Under the pieces are notes generated by a model. The model did not search any database, was not told where the DNA came from, and was given only the letters and a program-made list of their open reading frames with translations. Below, one piece after another: positions 36,701 to 47,200 of a DNA stretch of 64,000 nt; positions within the stretch are counted from its first letter, which is position 1, and each line of letters starts with the position of its first letter. A program made the translations under genes and the position numbers. This DNA is from a virus: positions 7,361-71,360 of IMG/VR virus record IMGVR_UViG_3300008952_001755. One strand, written 5' to 3'.

Positions 36701-37261
36701 AGTAGTGCTAATATGAACACAACAAGTCTCCAAGTAAGTAGTGCTTAGATCCAAAGAGCTTACAGTAGTCATGAGATCATGAGAGGCATTATAGGTTGGT
36801 GCAAGTACTGTGTCCTCACAATCCCCAGATGCATTATAAACTCTACCAAAGTTTCTATTAATAATCTCAATAGAACCCCCCTCTTCAATTCGGAAATTAT
36901 GTAGCTCTAAGTCTCCAAGATCTCCAAAATTTGCAACTTCAATTAAAACAGGGAAGCGAACCACTTTAGGAATAGCAGCAATACAAGAACTTAAATCCGT
37001 AAAGATATTATTATTAGCAAGTAAGGTTGCGGCTGGGGTATCAGCAGAAACAGTTAAAGCAAACCCTGTTACCCCTGAAGTAGCAAATCCAGCTTGTTCC
37101 CAGTTCTCGTAGGTGCGCTCCTCTAAATCATATAGAGGTAAGTTGTCTTGCTCCCAGTTGTAAAAGGAGCTAGTATCGTACTTGGATACATAAGGAGTCC
37201 AAGAGTTGAATAGCATAACACTACCACTACTGGTATAAATATCATTTCTGTTGAATGGCAT
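33719..37261 (-). CDS. Putative tailspike with right-handed beta-helix (pectin-lyase-like) repeats
   Basis: Recurrent GF-x-x-x-NS-x-V/L units (GFKFNNSKV, GFHAVNSEV, GFVLDNSKL, GFLLNNSEM). Confidence 0.6.
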   Translation of the reverse strand: MPFNRNDIYTSSGSVMLFNSWTPYVSKYDTSSFYNWEQDNLPLYDLEERTYENWEQAGFATSGVTGFALTVSADTPAATLLANNNIFTDLSSCIAAIPKVVRFPVLIEVANFGDLGDLELHNFRIEEGGSIEIINRNFGRVYNASGDCEDTVLAPTYNASHDLMTTVSSLDLSTTYLETCCVHISTTVLSGAGDARVNNQGYSFFYPKHILRKAPLTVAFKSAAPFTGTLNKFSFAPYENINNTADLTRGTIDVSATNQATDLTIYRAGLSDPERLSVGGNTYFNRCSKISIKNCDGPIYIRNFFSDGENTRKYAIEVTNSDVLLENCAGVRAQEAGFKFNNSKVTLSRSAAAYRNYNLLTTTTRQAETGYGFHAVNSEVLVSSLPTPLDTAYAGDTGGSGVDCNIIASRNYAGFVLDNSKLTGGVQRAVAIQPLDGSIIGSELNTGYGFLLNNSEMDIKGLLDVYGDDVGIQADGSKVTFQNLCIDAHSNEAIRCRNSAFLFDSPASPLEAGQDDRKQLDMSANSQHIDLMKNSSFGFVRKNNIPTTYGNTKFKVSHGVIKWDGANYSPLPALSVNDGSNLDLLHAFVDVNGASENIADVPSYGRAIKATDNSKVSCFGSGSGCTFVWGPAGFTYQEKMAGIYADKASEINLHGPTAIGQFGVDVLVENNSTLNIEPARSRDAFGLEVSGFDLSSQANHTSVELHSTRACLVANKNSTINMADLGAFPANWGRTAAGTVLLDAGFDYPINTFNTSAYTGSGSLQFYPNPQDTTSIGDLNLDDLVTGVPFTVPNFPVFTTLNYINRFFATENVINTPLVPANIENLTQGGMCLRATQDSVVNVKNVHFPVGTNNGPMDGLYYTTSGNACSKLMIWNIADSSRLNASFLSVSGMWPGSTDYHGPSSIYASSRDGVLAGNANEVPASGAPVNTPDTGSLSVLDAFGAGSSVWVIPSGVSVNSPFDAFYPISGIVNDKTAVSMAEAGINVSGTTTYRYGAAANTSNNQGVFRIYWTPKPGAKILQTDLSGYLKGAFPHAGDFSGVIGPAYQTFAQGYNCSATLSALVPTGELNASGDYPDLLKLSYDSDGDEVPDQLWTSGFYYCSEMVEENPTQCMLDESAGSTFANSKNASVGMSGRPRKVTLYRSRSNLPDNRGSEAYVGDASGSLGFKSSAIFDLSRDN

Positions 37262-37860
37262 TAGAAGTTAAGGGTCCATCTAAAAATGAGACTAAAATCA
37301 TTAGTCTTTCGTATATTACTAAAGGTTCTGTAGGCTACTAAGATAGGTTGGTCTGCGGCACTCCCTTTTGGATTCTTCATTAATAAGCCTACTTCATTGA
37401 TATTAGCATCATTACTATCTCTAGTAATATTATTACAAGCTTCCTCATCAACAACAAGCGTATATCTAACAGAAGCGTCTGCAATTTTTGTAATCTTATT
37501 AGCAGGAATAAGAGCAGCAGCATTAGAGGTTATCGTTGTATTTGTGATCTGGTCTTTAACTGCTATAAATAGGTTACTACCTGCTCCGTATTCGGCCAGA
37601 GTGGCTGCCCCTGATAGTTCATAGATAGCACTCGTAACCCCACCCGTAGGAGGACCAGATACCCCTACCTGGAATCTATCAATCTGATAATCAAGGACTG
37701 AGTTTGATCCTGACCCAGTAAACATATAAGTGAGACCGACACCCATACCCGAAACAATAATGTTGTGATCATCAAATACAACTTCCTCCTGACCATCAGT
37801 AAATCTTTTAATGATGGTCAGATGACCGTTAATCCCTAATTCTTCTGTAAAATTTTTCAT
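37261..37860 (-). CDS. Baseplate/fibre-attachment structural protein
   Basis: GHLTI...HNIIVSG, INEVGL, LVAYRTFSNIRKTNDFSLIFRWTLNF; start at MKNF (ATGA overlap). Confidence 0.6.
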   Translation of the reverse strand: MKNFTEELGINGHLTIIKRFTDGQEEVVFDDHNIIVSGMGVGLTYMFTGSGSNSVLDYQIDRFQVGVSGPPTGGVTSAIYELSGAATLAEYGAGSNLFIAVKDQITNTTITSNAAALIPANKITKIADASVRYTLVVDEEACNNITRDSNDANINEVGLLMKNPKGSAADQPILVAYRTFSNIRKTNDFSLIFRWTLNF

Positions 37861-40800
37861 AGGAAGTGTAATCTCCACTTAATAGTTAGGTCTGTATAGT
37901 TTAACGCCCCTGCATTAGTGCCGTTATCTTCTATAAAGCCTAAGTTCTTTGTTAAATGTTTCGTAGAAAACAGTTTATATTTCCTAGGATTATTTAGGGG
38001 TCCAAACGAATAAGGGGGAGTATTTCCTGCCTTAAGTGTTTCATCCATATCAATTGTCCATAACCCCATATTATATATACCCCCATACAGGTTAGAATAT
38101 CCCACATCTCCTGAGCCTACGGTAATGGAATATTCAACCGTTCCTGAATTAGTAGCATCTATACCTCCTGATACATGAAGTCCTCCTTCTCCCTGTTGTT
38201 CTGCAACTGTTGGAGAATACCCTATTACAGGCTGGTATTGGGTGGGTAGGGTAATTCCATAAGACAGGGGATGCTGTTCTAATTGCGGGGCATACCAATA
38301 TATTTCTTTGTTGTAAACATCTGAGTCAGCGGCATTGTTGGAATTTCCAATATAAAATATAGGCACCATATTATCTCCTTCAGAAGTTCCTGTATTTGCA
38401 AGTCCCTCCACAGTAATTCCCAACCTATACCAACCATTGGTTACATCTTCAATTGTAGTAGTACTTGAGGCAGCAGGAGTACCATCAATTGTAGGAACAC
38501 CATCTATAAATTCAAAGTCTTCTGAATATGATATAAGAGGAGCGTCTTGGTCATAAATAGCTAATTCAAAATAAGTAGCTGATGTAGTGGGGTTATCATG
38601 TGCTTTTACATAAACACTATAACAGATAGCGGAATCTGCTCTAAAATCTGGAATCCTAGCATAACCAGGGGCAACGGAAAGGGCTTGTCTACCCGTTGGT
38701 GAGGTTCCGTTTGCGCTTAATATTAAAGAGGAAACTCCACCAAAAGGGTTAGTGTACAGTACACTTGAAAATGTCCCCAAATGATTACCAGCAAACGGTG
38801 CCCAAACTGTACCCGTTAAATCAGAATTAAAGATAATTAGTGGGTCTAACGCAGTATCAACAGTATAACCAAACAAGTTAGGATTAGATACCACACCCAC
38901 TTTGTTCTTAGCATCGTAAACCTTTCCAACAAACCCAGACACATCCATAGAACTTGCTTCATTTATGATGCTGTTGTAGGTTCCTGAGACAAAGTTGGGA
39001 TCAGTTCCGTTATCAACATGCAAGTAAGCAGCAGAGTTATCTAAAGAACTCACAAGAGCCCAATTAGATCCTCCTGTACTAGAGCCTTCTGGGTAGCATC
39101 CAAGATAATAGGCTTGAGGACCTATGGAACCCATCGCACTAAAACTATAAATGGTAGGTCCATATAAAGCTGCCCTCCAATCTAAAAATTGCTGCCCATG
39201 CTTTACATTAAAAGAAGAATATAAACCAGCAGCATCGTTTGGATATAAATTAAGGAAGTTTGGAAGTTGACTACCTTGTTCTCTATAAGGAATAACATTT
39301 AAGTTTTGTCCCATATTAAATCCACTAAGAGAAGAAGAGGTATCCAATAAAGCAGTGTTTCCATCCTCTACTCTAGTACTAGCAGGATTGGGAGGACTTG
39401 AAAGATAATTAGTGGGAACATACGAGGAGGTTAGTAAATTATTTTCTACGGAGGTTGGAATATTTGCTGCTACAGCCCTATACTTTGTAGGACCATTTTT
39501 AGTTCCAATAGGCCACTGTTCCACTTGAGGAGAAGAGAGCCATATTCTTTTGTTTGATGTGGCAACACTTCTTTCTGCCCCTGGGGTTGGGCTATCCGAA
39601 CCCATCATAATGTAAACCTGCATAGGATCTCCCTCTACCGTCTCTCCTCCATTATCAGGAGAACCAAATCCGAATCCGCTAACAGTGATATGCATTCGAT
39701 ACCAATCACTACCTACAGCCTCTTGCCCATAAGTTAGAAAATCTTGTCCATAAGACTTATGCGAAGGAACAGTTCCAGCCCACTCCCATTCAATCTTATT
39801 GGAGGAATTCTCACCAGGAGGAGGACCTCCTCGGTCATATAAGCGCAAAGCAAACGAAGAAACCGCATTAGAAGAAGGTTTCTTTACATACCAGCTAAGG
39901 GTAGTATCATAACCTTCTTTCCAAGTTAAAGTGTTCCCTGCTGATAAGGAGGCTATTCCACTGATGGGAATAGTATCCATCATTGGTAAAGAAGCAGTCG
40001 GTGTTACATCTACTGAAGAAAGCTCTGTAACATTTGTTCCACCAAAAGGATCGGTCTGGGTACTTATAGAAGAAAAACTCCAAACATAGGTCGTACCATT
40101 TTGTGTCCAATAATCGCCACTCTTATCTGTAGGATCCACCCAACTTAAACCAGGAGCCCCACCAGGATCATCAGTATAGAAAAGTAAGTTAGGATTGGGT
40201 ATGGGTTCGTTTAATACTCTAACTGTTCCATTATCCTCGACCGCTCCTGAACTATGATCTCGATTTAGTACACTACCTGAAAGGTCCCAATTATTAGCTT
40301 CATATCCTTGATTATTAAATTGTCTGGATGTGGGCCATCTACCTAACTCAAGTTGTTGTCCATATGCATATATACCACCTGAAGTTTCTCCAGTAGGGGA
40401 AGCCTCCCATCCAGCAGGAATGAAACTAATATTAACCCCACTCAACCCTGAAACAGGGGCTAAAACAGAGGTCCAAACCTTATACCACCCATTTCCTGCT
40501 TCCTCTATACCTGCTCCCTCATCCCAGTAATCAATACTATAGCCTCCAGTAGCTTCTCCTCTATTATCTGTATAAAATCCAATGCCAACACTAGAGGGGG
40601 TAGTAAAGTCTGGACTGGCGAGATACGGATCTGTACTTGCTCTCGCTTTTGCAAAACCACCAAGATTATCATAATTCTCCCCAACTAATTGAAGTTTAAT
40701 ATGGGGTCTATTTTTAGGTGCGGTACTAGTATGAGGATAGGGATGAAAAGGCTCATCGGGGACTGGGGATTTTATGTATACTGAGTAACAAAACCAATTA

Positions 40801-41297
40801 TCTTGCCCCCCACTTGTTGACCAGGAGGGGGTGGCTCCCAAAGGACTCCCAAAACTTAAAGCCAGTGACCCGTTTCCAGAAGTACTTATATCAGTTACAG
40901 ATAGCGCATGGGCTATAGAAGACGGAACATTTTCATATTGAGTAGGGGGTAATATTTCAGGAGCCGAACATACTTCAGTGTAGGCTGTATCCCAATAAAC
41001 TTGTCCGTTAGGATCATCCCCCTGAGCAGAGGGAGTACTATAGTAAAGCAAATTCCTTCTACTATTCAAAGCATGAGCATTGTACTGATAAGCAGATGCG
41101 TCCTTACCAAAGGAGATAGCTTGGATGGTGTAGTTAGAAGCGTCTAGAATAGAGGAGGTAGCGTGATCTTCAATACCTGACAAGGAAGGAGAGACTGTCA
41201 TAATGTCAGCTAGTAGTTCTCCTGCCCCATTCACAAGAAGGTTACTTTCCTTGTGAAGAAGTTTGTCTCCATCCCAAATTTCTACTTCGCCTCTCAT
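37857..41297 (-). CDS. Large baseplate-associated protein with three inserted repeat modules
   Basis: Termini parallel the 37261-37860 protein; three NL...GNGWY...QLE modules. Confidence 0.6.
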   Translation of the reverse strand: MRGEVEIWDGDKLLHKESNLLVNGAGELLADIMTVSPSLSGIEDHATSSILDASNYTIQAISFGKDASAYQYNAHALNSRRNLLYYSTPSAQGDDPNGQVYWDTAYTEVCSAPEILPPTQYENVPSSIAHALSVTDISTSGNGSLALSFGSPLGATPSWSTSGGQDNWFCYSVYIKSPVPDEPFHPYPHTSTAPKNRPHIKLQLVGENYDNLGGFAKARASTDPYLASPDFTTPSSVGIGFYTDNRGEATGGYSIDYWDEGAGIEEAGNGWYKVWTSVLAPVSGLSGVNISFIPAGWEASPTGETSGGIYAYGQQLELGRWPTSRQFNNQGYEANNWDLSGSVLNRDHSSGAVEDNGTVRVLNEPIPNPNLLFYTDDPGGAPGLSWVDPTDKSGDYWTQNGTTYVWSFSSISTQTDPFGGTNVTELSSVDVTPTASLPMMDTIPISGIASLSAGNTLTWKEGYDTTLSWYVKKPSSNAVSSFALRLYDRGGPPPGENSSNKIEWEWAGTVPSHKSYGQDFLTYGQEAVGSDWYRMHITVSGFGFGSPDNGGETVEGDPMQVYIMMGSDSPTPGAERSVATSNKRIWLSSPQVEQWPIGTKNGPTKYRAVAANIPTSVENNLLTSSYVPTNYLSSPPNPASTRVEDGNTALLDTSSSLSGFNMGQNLNVIPYREQGSQLPNFLNLYPNDAAGLYSSFNVKHGQQFLDWRAALYGPTIYSFSAMGSIGPQAYYLGCYPEGSSTGGSNWALVSSLDNSAAYLHVDNGTDPNFVSGTYNSIINEASSMDVSGFVGKVYDAKNKVGVVSNPNLFGYTVDTALDPLIIFNSDLTGTVWAPFAGNHLGTFSSVLYTNPFGGVSSLILSANGTSPTGRQALSVAPGYARIPDFRADSAICYSVYVKAHDNPTTSATYFELAIYDQDAPLISYSEDFEFIDGVPTIDGTPAASSTTTIEDVTNGWYRLGITVEGLANTGTSEGDNMVPIFYIGNSNNAADSDVYNKEIYWYAPQLEQHPLSYGITLPTQYQPVIGYSPTVAEQQGEGGLHVSGGIDATNSGTVEYSITVGSGDVGYSNLYGGIYNMGLWTIDMDETLKAGNTPPYSFGPLNNPRKYKLFSTKHLTKNLGFIEDNGTNAGALNYTDLTIKWRLHFL

Positions 41298-44200
41298 CAG
41301 TTATCTATCTCCACATTTTCATAATTATTATGATTAGCTTGTTTAGTTACTCCAGGAGTCCAATCGGGGGCTATACGATAATTCAATCTACTACCACCAC
41401 TTAGTTCTAAAGTGCCTGATGTAATTGTAGCCTCTCTGGAAGCAAGAGTAGTAGCATACATTCCCGTACCTAATCCCGCTAATCCATTATAGAACTTTAA
41501 GACATCTCTAAGTTGGCTTTTATCTAAATAAAGCTTATCCTCTGTTACAAAAGGTCTAAGAGGAATTCCGCTAGTCTCCACTCCATGACCTGTTCCAATA
41601 CCTGTATTCTCTCTCTGGGTGACATCCTGAAGTTCAATAGAATCAATTAGGAGGTACTTGTCTGGGTTATTGTTGGGCATAAAGAAGACTTCCACAATGT
41701 AATTCGTGTCATCCATGTTCACTTGTTCTGTAACCTCATAAACATCATTCTCGATTGGAATAATATCAAGATACTCAAAGTTATTATGTATAGTAAAGTT
41801 TCTAGTATCAAATTCTATTTCAAAGTTTTCAAAATACTCATCCTTAAGATTCTTAAGAGTATTATTATTTATAACTTCACTTGAATCCGAAGTATTACCT
41901 AAACAGAATTCCTCCTCAGAAGGAGGAGGCATCTTGATTGGGAAATCATATATATGAGCTAGAGAGTTCTTAACTCCTGGGATAGATAGGGTACTTTCTT
42001 CTGCAACTTCCCACTTTCCATTTGGAGTCCAAGACCATAGGTATCCATTAGGAGTTATTGCGTCAGGTATATCGCCTACTACTGCTTCGTAAGGAGTAGG
42101 GAGGGTCTGGGTTGCTCCAATGGGCCACTGCTCTAATTGGGGAGAAGAAATCCATAATGTTTGCCCTGAAGTCTCCTCGGCACTGGAGTATATATCATCC
42201 ACTTCAGTTCCCATGTAGAATATAGGTAGCATCTCATCTCCCTCAACAGTATTTCCTCCTGGACTACGGCCAAGACCACTTAACTCTAAACCACATCTAT
42301 ACCAACCATTCCCAACATCCTCAAGAATAGGGACAAGGAAATCCTCAGTATAACTACCCGCCAATGTTAGCACTCCGCTAGTTGCTTGATCATACCCATT
42401 CGGGAAATGGAAATATGCGCCGTGAGATTCGTCAGGAACATCTTTGTCATAAATATTCATAAGAAAGGCAGAAGCTGCATTGTTTTCTGAAGGTCGCTTC
42501 ACATACCAAGTAAATGATGTTTTTACGCCTGATTTAAATTCTCTAGTTCTTGACTCATATCCAGCGGCAACAATATCGTCCTCAGACTTAATTGATAGAT
42601 AAGGCCAAAAAGTTGGTGTTGTTCCATCCGAAATAGTTGCACTAAGTTCTACACTAGAAGGCCCACCAAACGGATTAGTTTCAAGGATAGAAGAAAAAGT
42701 AGGAAGATAGTCCACATTACCATACCAATACACCCCAGCCGTATCTCCAGCAGGAAAATCTAAACCAGGAGAACTTCCAATATCCTCAGTATAAGAAAGT
42801 AAGTTTTTATTCCCATCTAAGTACTTAGGTTTAGTATGAATCCATACGCCTAACTTACCTCCTCCCAATATGGGAGAGTTTTCTTCAGCAACTAAGGACT
42901 TTACATTAAGTTTAAATTTGTGATCTTTAATAAAGTGGTTAGGTCTATCTCCATATGAAGACAAATCAAAGCGCAGTCTTGGCAACCCTCCAAGAGACTT
43001 ACACTTAATAACGCTGTTGTTGATAAGAGCATTCTCCATTCCAGGGGTAGCCTTAGAAGAATCTAATTTAAATACACTAAACTGATTAGCGTTAGGTGCC
43101 CCCGAAGTTTGAACAAACTCAATACCACTTAAAATATGGGGGTTTCTAAACTCTGCGCCATACTCTTGGTAAGGATAAGCTTGGCCTGTGTTTACATTAA
43201 ATGGGGATCTATAAGTACCAATTAGCGGAAGCACGGACTCCTCTGGGCCATAAGCAATGTAAGTTCCCGAAGCAATACCATCTCCATAAAACGCTACAGC
43301 ACAGGTACTGAATACCCCAGACCCGCTATTGTATGCAATAGGAACCACACTAGCAATACTAGATGCGATATAGTTTCCTTCTAAGGTAGTTGCAGCGGAT
43401 CCAGCCAGATCAAAATCACAGTTGTAAAGACCTTTACCAAACACTTGAGCAAATATATTGCCTCCAGTCTTAGCAGCCTCAGTTAATCCCAAAGGATGTT
43501 TAGCAAAATACTTACAATAGTCTCTGTGGGCCTTCTGCAATCCAGTACCGAAGCTAAAGTTCTCATAGTCAGCAAAAGAGTTTAGAACAAAGCCACTAGC
43601 AATAGCTTCATTAGCAAAGCTTTGTCTGTTATTCTTCCAATAAGCATCAGCAGCATAAGCATCCGTATTTAAATTAATTTGTTCATTAGCATAATCATAA
43701 GCCTTAGCTTCGAATAGCTCATGCATGGTGTTATATAATTCAGGAACCTGACCTCTATCTACATACCTAGCGGTGGTTGAACCCTCTTCTGGCATCTTGC
43801 TATTTGATCCAAGAGCAGTTAATCCCCTATAAGGATAAGTTGCGCTAGTATAAACTCCTGAGAACTGACTGGTAGACTCAAGCTTCTCACACTCATGCCA
43901 AACCCCTGATGGGTTGATGGGGTCAAGTATGGGATAGAACTCTCCTGCTGAAGGCACATACCCTAAGGTAAGTTCTCCTCTATCGTTATTATTAGTGGGA
44001 CTGGCTCCTTCTACTGCCTGATATGGGCTAGGGAGTTTATCCCCTTTTGATATAAGCTTCTGCTCTAGTTGAGGAGAAGATATATATAAGTGTTTTGGAC
44101 CGCCAATCTGAAGATAGAAATAGGGGAGTATTCTATCTCCTTCAAAAGTCTGCGGGTCATCTGTTCCAGGGCCACTCGCCCCTAAACCGCTTGTAGATAT

Positions 44201-47200
44201 ACTACATCTATACCAACCATTTCCCACATCCTCCACATAACCTGAGTTTATATCGGGCCAAGTACTTTCACTTACTACTGCTACAGTACCAGCCCCACCA
44301 TTACTCCACCCGAAGGTAACTTCATTAGAGTAAAAGTCTGTAGTATAATCGTAAATGTTTAATCTAAATTCATCAGAAGCATTTGTTGCTGGCTTCTTAA
44401 TATAAAAACTGAATATAGTATAATAAGCTGCCCTATACACAGGATTCCTCTGTGTATTAAGTCCATATGCAAATATAGCTCCCCGACCCCCGGCACTCTC
44501 TGTCGAACTAAAATCCGTAGAAGAGGGTCCACCAAAAGGATTTGTTTCTAATGTGGATGAAAAAGTACCTAAGTTTCCTGGATTACCGTACCAATACTCT
44601 CCTTTAATATCAATGGAACTTCCCCCTGTAGGAGCCACACCCATATCTAGCCCAGGTGAGCCTCCAAGATCCTCAGTGTAAGCGAATAAATTTGGATTCT
44701 GAGCTTCTAGATCCCAATTCACAGGAGAATTGAATCCAGTCCTATCGTAGTATCCTTCATGGGGGAGGAGGTACTTGAGGTTGCGCCTCCTAAGGGCTCG
44801 TCTTCCTACATTTGAAAAAGCAGCAACATTCGTAGTTGAATTTAGGAGGGAATCTCTAATATTATCAACATCACCTCTTTTAAATGTATTTAATCCTCCT
44901 CGCCCATCATTATCTCCTGGTGCAACTGTGCCCATCGAGACTCCGCTATACTCGAAGTTTCCTAGAACAGAGGCTGAAGTATAGGAGGCTCTATTATCAT
45001 CTTTATCAAAACCTAAGTATTCCCACTTAGTACTTGAAGTAGAAAGGGAATCTTCCGCACTTGCAGTTAGGTTTACTCTAGTGATAGCATGAGCAGGAGA
45101 GAACTCTCTTGCTACTCTAGCTGCTTCATACAAAGCATACTTTCCATCACCCTCTAAAGTAGTTTTAGCAAAATCAAAATCAGTATCTTTAAAGTTAATG
45201 AAGAGGTGAGAGGACTTTCCATTCCACAAGCCCAACAAGTTCTTCTCATAGTCGGAGATACTCAGCATCACATCATCAAAGTTTGATGGAATCTGAACTG
45301 AACTGAAGAACATTAGCATCTCATTCAAAGCACCAAGGTCTGAATCATCTGTTACTGCACTACTAAGAATATAATTACCAACCTCATCAGCAAAACTATC
45401 TTTTACTCTGAAACACTTAAGTCTTTCTACCAATAAAGCAACCAGATCAGCAGTGACAGTAGAATCTCTATAGTATTTTACTTCCTCAAACGGAGGCAGA
45501 GGATAGTTTTGTTTATCTCTATAAGTAAATAGGAAATTCAAATCTCCTTCTGGCTTAAGATAGGTTGGTCTCTCTCCCGTAGTTGGATGTTCTGACCCCG
45601 CCATGTACACACCAGAACCTAACGCACCAAACCCTGTCGCAGCCTCAAAAGCCTTACTCTCCCCAAACAGTTTAGCATCTTGTTTGTAAGCTTGATATCC
45701 ATTACTGTTATAAGTATGGATATGGAACGGCTTCATTCTTGGTTCATTAATAATAGTATACAGTTTCGTCTTGCATCCATTACTATCAAGCTCCCATAAC
45801 TCAGGTACAGCAAACTTCTGTCCATGGAATAGGAAATTATCAGGGAAAGCTTTATATAAATCTAACAGAATATTATCAATAACTATTTTAATATTTTCTT
45901 CTAGACTACTAGTGCTGTACGAAATAATTCCTGCTTGATCAGCTAATCCAGGAGTCCAAGTATTTAAGTCTTTAAATAACGGAGATTCTGTTCCTAAGGC
46001 ATACCAAATCAATTGAGGAATATAAGACTCCCAAAGTTCATCCACCTTACCAGAGACATCAAAAACGGAATCAACAATCAACGCATTGATGGCTGCTTGA
46101 ATAGCTCCTAAAGTTCCTGACTGCTTATAAAGATCTAACGCTAATCGTAGTTGGTGTCTCCACTTAGAAGGAGAATTACCACGAAGTTTAAATCCAATAA
46201 GGTCTGCTATGTACTGGATATACTCATCTTTAACATTTTCAATATCATAAATCAAACCAATATTTTCAATTTCATTAGTAAGATCAGCAAACTCGTACCC
46301 CATAAGATTAGTAAACTTTCTATGAGGTCCCTTAGCTACTCTGTTCGATAACATTAATGACGCATCAATATAATTATCAAACGCAGACTTAACAGTATAA
46401 TCCTGCTCGTCAATATAGAGAGGGGAATAAACTACATCCATTAAAGTTTGAAGAGCATCAAGTTTCTGGGTTCCACTAGTATATGTTGGAAGAATTCCCG
46501 CACTAGCTTCCGTAATACCATCCGCTGTTCCAGAAATAAAATCAACAGGAATATATGCACCGAAAGAACAAGTTTCGATATTTCTCCATAGATACTCTGT
46601 TAATCCTTTAACACCATCAACAGTCTCCAAAGTCTTTCCTAAATATAAAGAATTTAAAGAGCTAAGAACATAGCTCGATGGAGAATAATCTAACCCTCCA
46701 TCAGCGGAAGTATTTAAGAAATACATCCATCCCAAATTATCCACTAAGTAATTGTGAACACTACTAGCATTTACATTCCCCGTTAACGCTGAGAGCGTAC
46801 CTATGTTAGCTTGAAGTGGGTTTACCTCAGTAAGAGTCGGGGGTATGATCATAGGAAGCAAAGTCCCAGACAAATAGGTAGTGAACTCTGCGCTCGTATC
46901 GTAGTTTGATAAAGTGGTTCCCAAGGGAAGCAAAATCTTACTTTCAAATAAGAAAGGATTAATCTTAGTCAACCCATTTTGTTTTACGAAGTACTGAGAT
47001 ATTCCACTGATATTTCCTAAAGCACTAGTTTGGCTATTAGCCACCCCCGATAAAGGTATGACATTAGAAATGTTTGCAGCAACATTTATATGAGAATTTA
47101 TTACCTGGGAAACAGGGTTTATCTCAGTCCCACTTAGAGTTAGATCCTCCGTCCTATACACCTCAGGGGTAATAAGTTCCACTAGATCTACAAAGTTTGT

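Noticed and set aside
38210-44698. Diversity-generating retroelement template/variable repeats
   Set aside because: No reverse transcriptase in the window; the repeats are all in-frame coding and diverge at all bases rather than only at adenines
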